From: Octopus sinensis | Taxonomy: Eukaryota | Length of the DNA stretch: 64,000 nucleotides | Assembly: GCF_006345805.1 (NCBI RefSeq) | Contig: NW_021832590.1 | Span: 62,001 to 126,000 of the forward strand | Direction: 5' to 3' | Shown: positions 62,900 through 64,000 of the stretch, one piece after another | Numbering within the stretch: the first letter of the stretch is position 1 | How the letters are laid out: each line of letters opens with the position of its first letter | Made by a program: the position numbers and the translations under genes | The notes under the pieces: model-generated | Database searches by the model: none | Told to the model about the DNA's origin: nothing | What the model saw: only the letters and a program-made list of their open reading frames with translations

Positions 62900-63120
62900 T
62901 CTTATTATCTAATCTGAATATCTCATAAGCCAATTTTCTCCACTTCACTCTGTCATTCGCTTTTTTAAGAAGCCTTGATAATGGCAATTCTATGACGTCT
63001 TTTACCGTTGATATCCATCGAGTTCTCGGTCGGCCGGGACTTCTTTTTTCAGCAAAATTGCTGAGCTTAATGGTTCTTTCAAATGGATCAGAGTGGGCGA
63101 CATGTTTAAAAAACTCCAAT
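62900..63120 (-). mobile_element. RTE 3' remnant
   Basis: KRSPGRPRTRWISTVKD..ANDRVKWRKL. Confidence 0.65.
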
Positions 63121-63346
63121 AGATTGTTCAAATTTATTTGTTTGACTTTTTAGATGAAGTTTAGTTTTTTGATGGTTAGGACTTTAATTTCTGTTTTTAG
63201 TAATTTTTTGCAGAATATGTTTTTTATATACAATTATAAAAATGAAATTAAAATTGCATTATTTAATAAATTATATTATCACAAAAATAAATTTTTAATC
63301 ATTAAACTACCTACTTAAAAGATTAAATATTAAAATAAGTTGATAA

Positions 63347-64000
63347 ATGCTCGAAGCTATTTATATATTCAGTTTCAAAGGAGAAATAATAAGCGGTCAT
63401 GTGTATCGAAATGACATAAAGTAATAAATATATTGAGATTATATCAAAGGAACAATTATGCGGACCTTTTTCGTGTAAATGTGATTCATTCAAGACACGA
63501 AATTAAGTCTCCGATTGTTTCAATTTCTGGTCGATCCTACTGTTACATCAAAAAATGTGGATTTTGGTTCATGGCCTTCACAAGTGAGAACGCCAATGTT
63601 GCAATGACTTTCCAATTTCTCCACAAGATAGTATCCATGCTGGAACAGTGCATGGGCACACTCACTGAAAACAAATTTGAATCAAAAAGACACCTAATTA
63701 ACTTGATATTGTCGGAGGCAGGGGATAACGGGGTCCCACAACTGACCGACACACCTGCACTTTTGTCTATTCTGAACTGCTCTAATCTAAAAATAAAAGT
63801 TATTTGATATGAATAATTAGCAGAATAAAGCAGTCCAGTCCAAACTTACAGTACAAGTGACTGGTCAAATTGGATGGAGGAAGAATAACATTATTCACCC
63901 AAAACATGAACTCTTCCTCGATGTAAAGGAGCAAGTGCACTGTCTCATGTCATCAACTGGTAGAATGCTCACTCATAAATTTAGGGAGCGTGTTGACTAG
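63347..64000 (+). CDS. AP2M1: AP-2 complex subunit mu, 5' part running off the window (exons 63347-63420, 63450-63798, 63821-63959, 63985-)
   Basis: FRVNVIHSR, QVTGQIGWR, ELFLDV; 29, 22 and 25 nt GT-AG introns keep frame. Confidence 0.92.

Overview
AT-rich, transposon-saturated eukaryotic DNA from a ciliated metazoan with miniature spliceosomal introns (mostly 22-33 nt, several at positions I recall as conserved in animals). A dicyemid-like mesozoan is the best fit, by inference only. Apparently intact multi-exon genes: ZER1 (-), NAA10 (+), a secreted 4xTSP1-2xIg-TM membrane protein (-), a beta-class carbonic anhydrase (+), and the 5' part of AP2M1 (+). MRPL41 and an orphan N-glycosylated membrane protein each have a 1-nt frame problem. 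Interleaved with these are broken copies of normally conserved genes: DNAH10 (stops, deletions, nested Merlin, hAT and Ginger-type insertions), NCAPD2 (stop, RTE insertion, truncation), UMPS and LDH. Mobile DNA includes a 5.1-kb Helitron carrying a ~34 x 95-bp satellite, Jockey/I-like, Ingi/Vingi-like (2A peptide), RTE, CRE and Penelope-like retroelements, a modular tRNA-derived SINE family with exchanged LINE tails, and hAT, Merlin, Ginger-type, pogo, Tc1 and piggyBac-like DNA transposons. Several transposase genes carry host-sized micro-introns, and two retroelements show 5' inversions. Gene identities rest on remembered family motifs, not database searches.
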